From NCBI GenBank assembly GCA_021159015.1, contig JAGGSQ010000042.1, positions 557 through 64,556 on the forward strand: a DNA stretch of 64,000 nt, given 5' to 3'. Of the stretch, positions 43,201-51,177 are shown piece after piece (the stretch's first letter is position 1; each line of letters starts with the position of its first letter). The DNA comes from Candidatus Omnitrophota bacterium (GTDB taxonomy: Bacteria; Omnitrophota; Gorgyraeia; Duberdicusellales; Duberdicusellaceae). The notes beneath the pieces are model-generated. The model had not been told where the DNA came from, ran no database searches, and saw only the letters and a program-made list of their open reading frames with translations. The position numbers and the translations under genes are program-made.

Positions 43201-46200
43201 TACAGGTGTGCGAGTCTGGTTGTATGAAGTAACAGAATCCACCATCTGGTTCCATTTATCTACCGCCCCGCCTACAAAGGCAATATCAGAATTTCCATCA
43301 ATTTCACCTGTGTAAACATCCATATCATCGCCATTGCCCCTTGCATTTACCACGGCATCATCGGCAATGCGCGCATAAGTATGTTTAACCAACGTATTTA
43401 TTGAAACGGAGCCGCCTACTGCGGCCGTTCCAGCAATATTTCCATTGCCTGAAAGCGAATTTATCAGCGAATCATCTTCGGAAAAAATTCTTATATTGCC
43501 GTCAGAGTCCACTACCGCCCCTTCGTCTATTAAAGACTCAGTGCTATTAACGATAGTATTTGTACTTATGACCCCTCCTACAGCGGCAACTCCAGCTCCC
43601 TGAAGAGATACGGCTCCTGAATTAATATCATCGGCAACATTTGTAACGATATCTATCTGCTTTTTAGCACTTACTCTTGCACTTTTGCCAATAGAAGCCT
43701 TGGTATCTTTAACAACAGTATTCACAACAGCTGTCGCACCTATTCCTGCTGTCGCTGCCGCCCCGCCTGTACCGCCCAAAGCCGTAAGAACAGTCTTGCT
43801 GTCCGCCTCAACAGTAACGGATTGATCGTTCCCTTTATAGGCATTATCCTGATTAACTTCAGCCCCACTGTCTATATAAGCGTAAGTGCCTGTATTTATA
43901 ACGTTTAAAAGCAGTGACCCAGCGACCGCTGCCGTACCTGCCCCGCCAAGGCTAACTGTTGCGTCAATAATACGTTCCGAAGATTCGGCATTTACACTTA
44001 CTAGTTTTTTTGCGTCAATCCTGGCATTATCACCAATAAAAGCGCGCGTGGTGTTATTAGAAAGCATAAACGCCCCTGCTCCGCCTACCGCCGCAGTACC
44101 AGCTCCCATAGCGCTCCCAGCACTCATATTAACAGTAAGCGCATCCTTAGCAAGCACATTTACCTCACCTTTTGATTTCACCTCAGCTCCATCGCCTATA
44201 TACGCAGCGGTATCAGTAAGGGGTTCATTAGAAGTCTGGTTCATATCTCCAGAAACGGATATCGAACTTTTATCTTCTATAAAATCTTCAATGCTGGTGG
44301 TATTTCCATTGCTATCGGTAAATTCTATATCCCCAATACTGCCAAACTGACCACTAATGCCAGCCTCTCCTTTTTGATCAACATAATCCCCAGTGGAAAC
44401 ATCATTGCCTTCGGTATCTTTTCCTGTAAGATGGTTTTGTACATCATCTTCAAACTTTGCTCCCACAGAAACAACAGAGACAGCACCTGCCACCGCGGCT
44501 GTGCCTGCTCCTGTTCCAGCAATTGAAAGAGAATCTATTACCTTCTCGGAATCTGACCTTACAAGGACACCATCCGCATCTGTAAGACCATCCTCGCTGT
44601 AAACCTTAGCATCCGCATCTATGTTTGCTATTACGCGGTTTTTCACCACCGTTAAATCCAAAGATCCCCCGACACCGGCTGTGCCTCCGGCGGCAGCCGC
44701 ACCTGATATACCAAGAACTTTCACTTTGTCAGATGAAGATACCTCAATGCTTTGCCCGCTAACGGCAAAAGCGCTGTTCTGATTAAGCTCAGAATTGCGC
44801 CCTATACGGGCATGGGTATCCACATCCATAATTCTAAGTACCAAAGAACCCGCCACGCCAGCTGTCCCAGCACCAGTCCCTCCCACCGCAAAAGAATCAA
44901 TATTTTCTTCTGAATTAGCAGCTACACTTGTTTTATGCCTGGCATTGCTTTCAGTAAAATCTCCTAACTCCGCCGTAATGTCATTTTCAAGTAATACCGC
45001 TGTAAGAGACCCCCCGACTCCAGTGGTGCCGCCTCCGCCAATAATGCCAGAAAATTGGAAAATCCTGCTTTCGTCGCTGGCACTAATTCTGATATCATTG
45101 CCTGCTTCCAAAATAACACGGTCATCTTTATTGTCTGTCGAAACAGTAAAGGCGTGCGTATCGCTCTTTATTAAGGCAAAACTTACTGTCCCGCTTACGC
45201 CTGCTGTCCCTGCTCCGGAAAGACCCGCCATCATGGAACTAATTCTTTCCAGAGAATCAGCTCTAATTCCGATATCCTTTCTTGCCTTAACCTTTGACCT
45301 TTCATCTACCCATGCGCTTGTATTCTTGAATATAGCACTAGTATCAGCCGACCCTCCCACACCAGCTGTTCCGCCGCCTGTAACAACTCCGCCATATCCG
45401 TTTACTCCAGTGTAATCAAAGGCATTTATCTCTACTGACTGATCCGCACCGGCATCAGAAGTGTCATTAATAACTGCATCTTTGCCTATATAGGCTGAAG
45501 TATTATTTACAACAATATTGACTGAAAGCGTGCCTGCAACTCCGGCAGTGCCGCCGCCTGATCCTCCGACGACAACATTGCGAAGATCTTCGGTTGCAAA
45601 AGCATTAATGTTAAGCCCCTTAAACTGTTTTGTCTTTTTGGTAGCATCTGTCAATTCGCCAATTCCAAAACTGAAATTGTTCCCGTCAGGAAGCGTAACC
45701 GTCAAATCAAGCGTGGGCACATCTATATCTCCGTCATACACATCAGAAGAATCTCTTTTGGCTTTAGCTACAACATAAGCCCCATCTGCAATAAACGCTT
45801 TAGTGTTGTTAACAATAGTATTTGCCGCAACGGACCCTCCTACTCCGGCAGTACCGCCGCCTGCACCGCTTCCCACAAACAGGTTTGAATCAGTATCGTC
45901 CTGGGCTAAAAGCAGTATATTTCCATCCGATTCCACATCAGAATAACTATCTATAAAGGAAAGTGTATTGTTAACCACCACCAAGGCCGAGGCCGCACCT
46001 GCAATACCAGCGGTACCACCGCCGGCAGCTCCCGCCGTAATAGAAAAAACATTTTCTTTAGACGTAGAGCTTATATCAATATGTTTTTTCGCGATAACCT
46101 GAGCATTTTTCCCTATATAGGAGTTTGTATGTTTTACCAACACATCCACATCACCTGAAGCACCGACACCGGCAGTGCCGCCGCCTGATGCAGATCCTCC

Positions 46201-49200
46201 AATCCCTAATATTCCAGTATCATTTTTTGCGCGTAAAACAACCGATTGTGCGCCGTCAGCATCTGCATTACCAACCACATTTATCTTTGCATTATCTCCA
46301 ATATATGCTTCAGCAGTCGATACAACTGTCTTTTCATTAACAGCACCGGCAACTCCCGCTTTCCCCCCACCTGAACCAGCGGCAGAGAAAATTTTTAAAT
46401 CATCGTCAGCGCGGGCATCAAGCTGAATGCCCTCCACATTGTGCAATTCAATAGTAATCGGATCACTTCCCTTTGCCTTCGCTGTTACATCCGCCAATTC
46501 ATCAATGTAGGCTTTTATATTCTTTACTATATTAGCATTAAACGCAGAACCACCCACTCCGGCTGTGCCGCCGCCTGCAGCCGCACCTGCAACTCCGATT
46601 ATATCTGTATCGTCATCCGCATCAGCAAGGAGGTTTTTCTCGGTGCGAACCTTTGCCCTCTTTCCAATAAAAGAAGAAACATTGTTTGTTATCGTATAGC
46701 TTTCTCCTGCTCCTGTTAAACCTATCTTTCCCGCACCGCCAAAAGCGGCTGAAACAGGAATGATATTGTCGTCAGAAGACGATATCAAGGAAATGTTGCC
46801 TTGCGCTGTTATATCGGTATCGTCTCCCAAATAGGCAAGAATATCATTGTCCACTATGCCAAAATCTACAGCTCCGCCAATACCAACCTTCCCTGCTCCC
46901 ATAATTGCGACTGCTGCAGAAATGATTCTGTTGTAATTGTCTGCATTAACAAAAATGTTGTCTGCGGAACTAACTTTAGTGGATTTCGCCAAAGCTGCGA
47001 GGGTATCGTTTGAAATCCAATTCGTATTTGCCGCACCAGCCAAGGCGACTTTCTGCGAGCCACTTCCTCCTCCCGATATGGAAACGAGGGAATTCCCGGA
47101 ATCAGCATATATGTCTACATCCTTAGAAACTGTCAAATCAACCGCTTCAGCAAAAGCCTTAGTTGTTTTTGTAATATGGTTATGAGAAAAAACTCCCCCT
47201 AAACCAACTGTCTTTGCACCTGCTGCAGCAGCAGCAACTGAAAGCATCGTGGAAAGATTCTTTGCATTTATAATCACATCATTGCCGGCTGTAACATCTA
47301 CTCCATCAGATATATATGCCTGAACATCATCTGTAGCAAAATTTAAACCTGCATCGCCGGAGACTCCAAGCCCAAATTTAGAGCTGCTTTTTTCATTATC
47401 ATTGTTTTCTCCTGTTGCCTGGCCGCCGCTGGAATTGCCGCCTTTTATCTTAGCCCATATACTCTTAAAAAGGTTGCCCAGTTTATTCTTTATTCCAAAC
47501 TGTGCACCCGCAGCTCCAGCCAGAGAAAAACTGTAGCTATCATCCTTTGAAGAGGCATTCAGTATTAAATCATGACCGGCGTTAATCTCTCCTTTACTCA
47601 ATGACGAATCTTCCACATTACCTATAAATGCTTTGGCAACATTATCTATATCATTCCATGAAACACCGGCACCTATTCCAACGGTATCGCTTTTTGCCAC
47701 TCCTGCAACCACGTTAATGACAGAAACCTCGTTCTTAGCTTCAATATCCACATCATGTGACGCAGAGAGATCGGCGGTATCCTCCACATAAGCAAGCGCC
47801 GTATTCTCCAAATCAAGAGTATTAAAGGCTCCTGTGATGGTAAATTTATCAGAGTTCCCTCCGGCTTCGGCGACACTCAATTTTCTGTGGTGCGCTTCGG
47901 CATTTACCTTGATATCGTTTTTATCAGAAGTTTCGGAGGGATTCTTTTTCGCGTTTACTGCGGCGCCGTCTTTAATAGACGCTTTAGCGGTATTTCTGAA
48001 AACCCCTCCTACATATGAGCCTCCAACAGAACCTTCGCCGGTTGTCCCAAAACCTAAAGAAAAAATAGAAAAAAGCCCCGCGATATCAATCTCATCAATG
48101 GAACTATAGGCATTTACCAGGACACTCTGCTCAGGGCCATAAAATGCACTATCGGTATTTACCTTAGCCCCTTCATCTATATAAGCGTTAGAGATATTAT
48201 CGAGGTTTACAAAGGTTACCGCGCCAGCAATGCCAAGTTTGTCTCCACTTCCGCTGCACTGCGTATAAGTAGTGGATATCCTATTGGCAACACCAAAATT
48301 CAGGTTCAGGTAATCACTTAAAGTATTTAATGTCGTCCCTACTGCTTCAGAGATCGTTCCCACTCCAAAATCCCACACATTTTCAATAAACTCTCCCGTT
48401 GTATCGCCACTGTTGAATGTAGGCCAGTCATAGTCAAAACTCCATCCCTCAATCCACGTCATCTGGCTGGGAACAATCGATTCAGAAGAGACTGTAAGAG
48501 ATTTAGAGGCGTCGACTTTCGCATTCTTTCCTATATAAGCATCCGCTTCATTGTTATAGTCGCCGAAAGCAACCGCTCCTCCCACAGCAATAGTCCCGTC
48601 ACCGGCCGAACCAGACGCACTTATCTGATAATTGTCCTCGGCCCTTGAAGAGACATCAATATCTCCGGAGGCATCAACATCCGCACCGTCGGCTATATGA
48701 GAATCGGCTTTATTCTGGCTTTTTACAAAAGTTACTGCGGCAGCAAGGTCCAATTTTGCATTACTCTTTTCTTTGAGTTTTTTCTTCTTTATTTTCTCAT
48801 ATGTCTTGTTGGCAAGCGTCCCAACAACAGCCTTATTTTGCACGGGGTTGGTTGCCATGGCGGAAGTAGTAGCCTTATTTTTTACATTTATGGAATTCGC
48901 ATTGACAACAATATTATTAACTGATGAGACAGTGCCATTTAATGAAGCAGTGGCACTAGAATCCATATCACTAAATACCACAGAGGCGGCTGCACCAAAC
49001 TTGGAAGATTCCATATCAAATGTGCCCGAACTTACAAGAAAATTATTGTTATTTGACGCTATCACATTCACATCTTTTGCTTTTACAGAAACATTATCTT
49101 CAACAATTGCCCTGGAATTAGAAATTCCTTTCCCGTAAGTAAAACTGATATCCACACCTTTGCTCGAGGCAGAGCCCGCATAAGTCTTAAGTTTAAGCGT

Positions 49201-51072
49201 ATTGCTGGTGGCAGCCGCAACGGAAACAGAATTACCGGCATTTATCTTAGCTCCGCTATTTACCAGTGACTCGGCAACCGCCTCTGAACGGCCATATGCC
49301 ACACCCAAATACAAACCAATTGTAGTCATCTCCGCATTGGAATATGCCTGACTACCAATTATTATATCGTTATCGGCACTAAGAGTTGCCCCATCTCCTA
49401 TCTCTACCTTCGATTTAGCAGAAGATAAAACCGCCGCACCAAAAGCAGAAAACTCCAAGATAGCACTCTCATCTATATCATAACCAAGTTCACCCGGCAG
49501 GGATGAAACATCTTCACCAAGCTCCACCAACTTCGCCGTAGATGCCGTAGACGTAAGAGATATATTATTCGCTTTAATAAATGAAGAATCGCCTATATTA
49601 ATGCTGGCCTCGCTTGCTTTGAGTTTAAATCCCGGGGTTGCCGCCCATATCAAATCAACAATGTCCTTAGCAGAAAGAACCACATCCCCCCCAGAATAAC
49701 CGTTGTCAGCAAACGCAAGAAGATATACCCCATTTCCTATATTAATAGTAGGCGCGGAAAACTTGATATCGCCTGAATCCCCCTTTGAGGGCATAGATAA
49801 ATGGGCATTTTTTGTATCTCCGCCGGTAATATCCCTACTAGAAATAACGATATTATCAGAAACATTTATTGATTCGTCAGCCTGATAAATAATATCTGCA
49901 CCATAAGAGTATATATCGCCTGTAATATTTACCACATCCGGGTCAATCACAAAATTACCATTCATACCTGTATTGGAAGAAAGGTCGACCTTCAGACCAT
50001 CGATACCTACTCTCCCTTCAGCGCTTATATCAAGATTTCCTCCCTTGCCGTTAATTCTGCCGCCTTTTGCAGAAATTCGCACATTTCCGAAAATAGATGT
50101 ATCTCCAGCTGAAAAAACCCTGATATTCCCGCCGGAAAACTCTAATCCCCCATCGGCCTTAATAAAAGCATCCTTAGTTAAAACTGTATCTTGGCAGGAA
50201 TCAATAGACACTTTCCCGGCTTTCCCATCGCCGCTGGAACTCACATCAATAAGGCCCGAATTAACAGCAATACCGGCACTACCTACAAGTTTTATCACAC
50301 CATCTTCTTCTACAATCCGGGCTGCCTCAACTATGCCTTTCTTGTTTACTACCTCCTCTATCAGAGAGAATGCCTCCTCTTTGGGAATAGTAACTGTACC
50401 CGGCTTTCGGTCCATCCTGGGAATAACAAAATTTATCAGGCCCTGCTCATCAAAGCTCATACCGAAAGCAGTGGCACCGGCAATTACTACCTCTCCTGCC
50501 TGGGCAATAATTTCTCCTTCATTGGAAACCAAGGGAGAGACTAAAACCACAAAGCCGTTATTATCTACTTTGATACTTCCCCTGTTGACAACATAGGAAG
50601 GAACAAAACCTTGTTTCAGATTAAAGTTATATCTTCCGGCAAGAAAATCATCATTGGATATATCCAGGGTAGAAGCAACCAGCCCAGCAGCATCAACCCG
50701 CGCTGTTCTTCCAAAAAGAATTCCATTGGGATTGACCAAGAAAAGCCTGCCGTTGGCAGTTAATGTTCCAGATATGTTTGAGGGATCAGCCCCCACAACT
50801 CTGTTTAAGGCAACTGATGAAGAAGAAGGCTGGTGAAAATGGACGGCCTCCGGTCGGGCAATGCTGAAGGAATTATAATCAACAATGAGTTTAGCAGAGG
50901 AAGTATTGACATTCAAAGTATTAGTCTGGGACCTGTCAAAATTCGCAGATCCGGCTACTACTTCTTCTCCTTCAGGGAGACTATAGGAAGTAAACGGGTA
51001 AGCTAAAAGAATGAAGCTGAAAACAAAGATAAAGAAATTGTCCTTCTCTTTTCGATTGGGCTTCGTTTCCAT
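31267..51072 (-). CDS. giant two-partner-secretion exoprotein (TpsA / filamentous-haemagglutinin-like adhesin), 6,601-6,608 aa
   Basis: A single uninterrupted 19.8 kb ORF. The N-terminus is a signal peptide plus a TPS (haemagglutination activity) domain with the conserved motif LFLVNPNGILFG. A tpsB gene lies immediately upstream. The body is beta-helix-like repeats. The start is ATG at 51072 (the ORF track uses GTG at 51093). Confidence 0.85.
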   Translation of the reverse strand: METKPNRKEKDNFFIFVFSFILLAYPFTSYSLPEGEEVVAGSANFDRSQTNTLNVNTSSAKLIVDYNSFSIARPEAVHFHQPSSSSVALNRVVGADPSNISGTLTANGRLFLVNPNGILFGRTARVDAAGLVASTLDISNDDFLAGRYNFNLKQGFVPSYVVNRGSIKVDNNGFVVLVSPLVSNEGEIIAQAGEVVIAGATAFGMSFDEQGLINFVIPRMDRKPGTVTIPKEEAFSLIEEVVNKKGIVEAARIVEEDGVIKLVGSAGIAVNSGLIDVSSSGDGKAGKVSIDSCQDTVLTKDAFIKADGGLEFSGGNIRVFSAGDTSIFGNVRISAKGGRINGKGGNLDISAEGRVGIDGLKVDLSSNTGMNGNFVIDPDVVNITGDIYSYGADIIYQADESINVSDNIVISSRDITGGDTKNAHLSMPSKGDSGDIKFSAPTINIGNGVYLLAFADNGYSGGDVVLSAKDIVDLIWAATPGFKLKASEASINIGDSSFIKANNISLTSTASTAKLVELGEDVSSLPGELGYDIDESAILEFSAFGAAVLSSAKSKVEIGDGATLSADNDIIIGSQAYSNAEMTTIGLYLGVAYGRSEAVAESLVNSGAKINAGNSVSVAAATSNTLKLKTYAGSASSKGVDISFTYGKGISNSRAIVEDNVSVKAKDVNVIASNNNNFLVSSGTFDMESSKFGAAASVVFSDMDSSATASLNGTVSSVNNIVVNANSINVKNKATTSAMATNPVQNKAVVGTLANKTYEKIKKKKLKEKSNAKLDLAAAVTFVKSQNKADSHIADGADVDASGDIDVSSRAEDNYQISASGSAGDGTIAVGGAVAFGDYNNEADAYIGKNAKVDASKSLTVSSESIVPSQMTWIEGWSFDYDWPTFNSGDTTGEFIENVWDFGVGTISEAVGTTLNTLSDYLNLNFGVANRISTTYTQCSGSGDKLGIAGAVTFVNLDNISNAYIDEGAKVNTDSAFYGPEQSVLVNAYSSIDEIDIAGLFSIFSLGFGTTGEGSVGGSYVGGVFRNTAKASIKDGAAVNAKKNPSETSDKNDIKVNAEAHHRKLSVAEAGGNSDKFTITGAFNTLDLENTALAYVEDTADLSASHDVDIEAKNEVSVINVVAGVAKSDTVGIGAGVSWNDIDNVAKAFIGNVEDSSLSKGEINAGHDLILNASSKDDSYSFSLAGAAGAQFGIKNKLGNLFKSIWAKIKGGNSSGGQATGENNDNEKSSSKFGLGVSGDAGLNFATDDVQAYISDGVDVTAGNDVIINAKNLSTMLSVAAAAAGAKTVGLGGVFSHNHITKTTKAFAEAVDLTVSKDVDIYADSGNSLVSISGGGSGSQKVALAGAANTNWISNDTLAALAKSTKVSSADNIFVNADNYNRIISAAVAIMGAGKVGIGGAVDFGIVDNDILAYLGDDTDITAQGNISLISSSDDNIIPVSAAFGGAGKIGLTGAGESYTITNNVSSFIGKRAKVRTEKNLLADADDDTDIIGVAGAAAGGGTAGVGGSAFNANIVKNIKAYIDELADVTAKAKGSDPITIELHNVEGIQLDARADDDLKIFSAAGSGGGKAGVAGAVNEKTVVSTAEAYIGDNAKINVVGNADADGAQSVVLRAKNDTGILGIGGSASGGGTAGVGASGDVDVLVKHTNSYIGKNAQVIAKKHIDISSTSKENVFSITAGAAGGGTAGIAGAASALVVVNNTLSFIDSYSDVESDGNILLLAQDDTDSNLFVGSGAGGGTAGVGGSVAANTIVNNTKAFIADGAYVVAKAKRDSSDVYDGDIDVPTLDLTVTLPDGNNFSFGIGELTDATKKTKQFKGLNINAFATEDLRNVVVGGSGGGTAGVAGTLSVNIVVNNTSAYIGKDAVINDTSDAGADQSVEINAFDYTGVNGYGGVVTGGGTAGVGGSADTSAIFKNTSAWVDERSKVKARKDIGIRADSLERISSMMAGLSGAGTAGVSGTVSFALIKSDTHAFTVSTDNKDDRVILEAGNDIRISASDESRIFQFSGIIGGGGTTGVGGSLTAVLLENDITAELGDFTESNARHKTSVAANSEENIDSFAVGGTGAGTAGVAGSLVLRIMDVDTHARIGRNSELNQNSAFAVSGQSIEVSSSDKVKVLGISGAAAAGGTAGVGGSLDLTVVKNRVIANIDADAKVYSEDGLTDADGVLVRSDSEKVIDSLSIAGTGAGTAAVAGAVSVVSVGAKFEDDVQNHLTGKDTEGNDVSTGDYVDQKGEAGISGQFGSIGDIEFTDSNGNTTSIEDFIEDKSSISVSGDMNQTSNEPLTDTAAYIGDGAEVKSKGEVNVLAKDALTVNMSAGSAMGAGTAAVGGAGAFMLSNNTTRAFIGDNARIDAKKLVSVNAESSERIIDATVSLGGAGTAAVAGSLLLNVINTGTYAYIDSGAEVNQDNAYKGNDQSVTVEADSKTVLTALGGTGGAAATAGIGATAVVNTVVKDTKASIGKSARVSAKKQIDIVTNVADDINSGAVSLQGAGVAAVGGVISTNTIVNSTESLIDEGAVVDSDGNIRIFSEDDSLINSLSGNGNIAGTAAVGGSVSINTLVKHTYARIADDAVVNARGNGDDMDVYTGEIDGNSDIAFVGGAVDKWNQMVDSVTSYNQTRTPVTEDGKKTRKMKGVSLTASSTEDIFSVTTGVGGAIVAGVTGSGAINTITTTTEASIGNDVKLNENNNGASSSQEVYLNSLDHSRVLSLTGVVAGAVKVGVGGGIATNIITKNVRSFIGGSDEARRADQKNIVKSKGNVSISAVSSDQVNNIIMNLSVGGIAGVGGAIAANVIANQVHSYIADKGKVDTDGDLLVKSKDDSYIDVTVGNGAFGIGGGVGGAVSVNVIANSTRSSIGDDALTNASGITDVFSDAVEDIEPIVIAGGAAGLVGVSGSINVDIIKSTTQSKIGDRAEINQDNSFYKSGQYVKVRSNDSAHISSKVGGGGVAAGIGAGGAADVNILRNSATAHIGNASKVKAYEDILVDAHTDKLVDSYTGSVGAGIMSGLSGSISISAVGGGLNYDARDSLGGSANGESGDSIEYADSVLDFNPIEEEENGFESDGKTHWSKGYKSTENVSQEFGDKNNAVKPSSDVDADGSQHPLSSTQAFIGSGAVVEAGRNLIVRASDTSHTRINAGGLSVAFQGGLSGAFAANILSNSTEAYIEDGAKTKAAEQTLVEADEDEQADTISISGGAAVFMGSARSNGITVIDSKTKAHINKNAVVNASCTDGNTVNVRAVSDSNINSVIGGGAGGLLEGVGSSYNACVVAKTTEAYFGEGSSVNALKGIKIDADSSEEIDDSSICFGVAAGAGQGIVAAVYSLNNNTIACIKDGASVDTDGSFMVNAKDDTALKSIAGSAGVSGVLGVGGSLNVNVITSNTRSYIADNVTVRAKGLYDSMDVYTGELADDGDPLTPITDDVKKTSARHGVFVTAFATEDILSDTTGLSVGTGNVSGAVGVEIIKTDTNAYIGNNVSINANEHSVSSQEVYVLAADHTRLVSSANTLSGGLVTSVGGSVDTGIFAKDTRAHIGNGSVVKSGGDITVQALSREDTEVATAALAGSLVGGMAGSVSVRCLSNSTDVYVGSDAHLDSGNNIRLFSSDRSTVDAKTGSASVGLGVAGFGGAVSVVTINNFTESHADSNTNLKSAKDVDINADSSETIDSVTVAGAGGGLTGVAGSVSVNVVTSKTHVYTKDGVNIDAGSDSSVKAEDTVNVSSKTGGGALSIGLGVGAGVDVDVIRTDTGAYLGTNNTVTADNLEIRAVSEKSVNSKVISASGGLACGITGAVSIVLAGADLSGDSRDESGNTASYSQEQASANKVDGYVDDVQGTDVKSDINNVSVESELNKSSSGSMSRTFAYMGDGSSADIENNLSITSSDSTDIDSYAGGFALGLLGIGGAFSSAKANIETTAGIGEEVDIDAGKISVYAEGKSDAYAESFAKTAGALSGVAAKAETVNVSTTEGYIGSGGNGKKIESDEFDVKADQETKFNSKTDSSAVSVVGKSGAWSSNKANALTTVDIGSNTQIKSDSVKIGASTTVWKPWLSDYNAISGSGGVFNGAAASGKTDVSVHTKVNIGNNAKIQMHDDADTTSDIEVSALNDLYLYDKVKLDAAGFISLAKSESFITAQPVDASINIGDGAFLKSLGDVKFFARTNADMKAQANTSTYGLASAGQGESKALADSDDTLIFGNNSEVIASKQMYLMAGADTDTVSLFSVKANTDVFNKTAFAYSGTPTADATARHNAGINIKSGSRIASGSHMYINAAKGLLFANGNGKASDASRYALEKLIELFGTDADGAFDTLGGHSVNEGKGSIILEGKLETGIYRDLFLTFGTNMFNPYYKKDDGTKGRYTIGYDAENGFWAVYNGENRLRILVPDQQSEGISWTVLTDQRIVDNIQQEIDRLENLKNQYGANSELAQDINTRINILKAQLNSQGNDEYVDIIKVNPAYAASGDVNIWGDYLVGTGEIIAPGDVKIRIINNSPLPIKLDSLTIPDDLGGKIKFNNHVVRDSSGISALNDGAPVGTVVNFTLQDAQDSLPPLIEVKNNFDKNSGVYNPDNIPDLSDPALFISGPINNINGMVSISNDTGSIIATSSIRADTIQLSAGGDFIFDSPETLYNIGPNPAAGFKYLAEAYENNWPVKPAYKGQSPSNSFQIAGNNIYINADTVNINGVIQSGLPDKAIVITQADVEAAYNEANRTGKRFVQILKVDESLDPSRRVVVGGISAELDARDNEIRILGAQVRGGLVFISGRIVSTGDGKINVLDGYGRINIDNQTSLPVVLKDVDTGGAEGQVILIDKAKDNGTGLSFVTRYERLGNQIRIFTNSGVNSTVATQLKSIATGRDAIYQPLENMRYFWMTGKATSSQTIKKWYKEHDKFLGFIPVSERHFSSSDYVSGYPKTRILSGDELPQGDFVGQKHAADYTYKRLTVTTKNDLIHQDDSEGTYWYWHPGSWWHPPYPAKKTWWRRTQIWDKGTNTYNYHSVKADLPIDVSFIGYDRGQVSVNSVGDIRLGGNLNNVGGVTNLTSSAGSILSKSSFSSVKSGEINLMANNGSIGKKDMYFKITHSGGNTLNALAGKNIYIESPNGDLFVTNLVTGSGSVGLIANDNLLLSNSISIIKGKNIYLEAKTGTIGAPLDVLRVDTDAANGGVIDVISAKGDINLMEVSGDLAIHKVSASGDVNIFAPGDIIDANSNEKADTRTKSELLALWNDMQLTGAGAENKKQSQWDAYSNTMNEAYKSYWSKERNLKRNSDGTYSWDAYDPNVEFHYSQSERDSLKKSGWSDKDIKDLENDMTDKYRTWGQTDFDPDFSYSLSDKEKDDLSSGYFWTQKQLEGGLPSFVLTKDTTLSIEDPNIVGRNVTVVAGGEIGKDKDDLIFVFSKNYTDAEIDEIKLAIASAERDDLEWGANQLVIHRREDLDVHASENVFLTATGHIFLGSEHDINVYALNAGDRVRVKVGGRIFNPRPDAFSNMVASNGIILEASNGQIGTVRSPVRIALSGDKPYVTARASGDIYLEKPLGDIYLDVINSGQKAWIKADTGSIFDWLDDSTTNIYADNIELNAFNSIGNPLGNAGALDVELTDANGVLNMHTNAGSANLFSNKDLNVGVSDIAQGLRIYSMGSLSIIGDTSAGDDVDFFSKGNMVFGANLNAKGKLVRLNPAGADILDTDNTSYIWADGLIMNNAGNVGAAGNDALDTRISYVAVNNGAGDIYISEVSSGGALSLKDISARSINISTTSGNLNLFSNYTITASGDVSLRSSDDIRLNGSVNAGSHAVTLNADGDIIDTSNDGKYLTAGTLNIMKANNVGSAGELNWLDIGVDTLNLSNVSGSAFIGEKDNVTLGNVSVGQALKLTALGKIAVDSVSCGTNADIRAYGAITDANGNSNNITAKDLKLRAESGIGENDAIETTVVNLDVVNTDNAVGIANTGTLNLLDLNNDGFSAVNTRGKLNISAASPLNVLSPVSSGGNITLLAAEDGGDDDILSVYANITSSGAGRIITLNSGSDFKQVSGNIITAGDIYINADYDGSGKGDIIQSNAFVNSSGLFATAAGNITMLHFNNDVNSLTARSKKAGNITFYDRDDIDLSKVIASNGSVTISALGKITATDVETSFTDNDANDISLTSIVSGIKAIWIDAGTKNDVFLTAKQGSITQDGVPARDVAADELHIDAQKGIDLDTRSNMLVADNSRMGNIVIDNTGGLYAKHVDNEGGDIHITTHSDLFVGDIQAKGDSDVYLNAASGSICDDLFVDPADTNYIRGDLVDLKAEDNIGDMSVFNGDIDIWANTINAVAGNDLYLEEMDGVTFNNISAGGRIGLTVHGPIVINRIISDGFINLLTPAGDITITGTVQSRKSGVRLTAENGSILAENAGPHVAAVKDSFLNAPNGKISPVGTPLNVSIKGDLYLDISNLSITYPTREIYGNLVGTITPLNTPILIPTRFPQPLNPPGFVYFNTKQIWSPKSNADYQRLAQLVVSRHKPFIAQYRHKFYNNPRYQQEAAKVKEDYFESLSGYRFASFEPATPLFYAYHPLTPTDTSAFDDIRLDVGAYEFIENSLKLKDKNKFYQYYEDQKKKEKRKRKTAFYQQSLPPFPAPS
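39300..49000 (-). repeat. intragenic tandem-repeat region of tpsA: about 70-80 degenerate 38-48-aa units with a Gly-rich core (GGGTAGVGGS / GAGTAAVAGS) followed by NxxxNxTxAYIGxxAxV
   Basis: The units run from about aa 700 to 3930 and are most regular between about 43.3 and 46.6 kb. The antisense frames therefore produce runs of PTPAVPAP-type spurious ORFs. Confidence 0.7.
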
Positions 51073-51161
51073 AAGCCAATAGACAAAACACACTATCCGT
51101 TACTTCGGCAGCTCGGCTATCCGTGGTATTAAACTTACCTTTAGATCCGCAGCTTTGCGTC

Positions 51162-51177
51162 CCCAGGTTGCCCTGGG
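51162..51177 (-). other. intercistronic RNA stem-loop between tpsB and tpsA (CCCAGG-GCAA-CCUGGG on the transcript, GNRA-type loop)
   Basis: Inverted repeat cccagg ttgc cctggg in the 200-nt tpsB-tpsA spacer. No U-tract follows it on the transcribed strand. Confidence 0.25.

Noticed and set aside
31817-50836. Dozens of plus-strand ORFs (60-226 aa) inside the giant gene, many proline, alanine or threonine-rich (e.g. 44795-45415, 43886-44350, 46175-46426)
   Set aside because: They are the antisense reading of the Gly/Ala-rich repeats (GGN/GCN codons read backwards give Pro/Ala/Thr). They have no independent start context and lie wholly within a gene with strong TPS homology. They are shadow ORFs.
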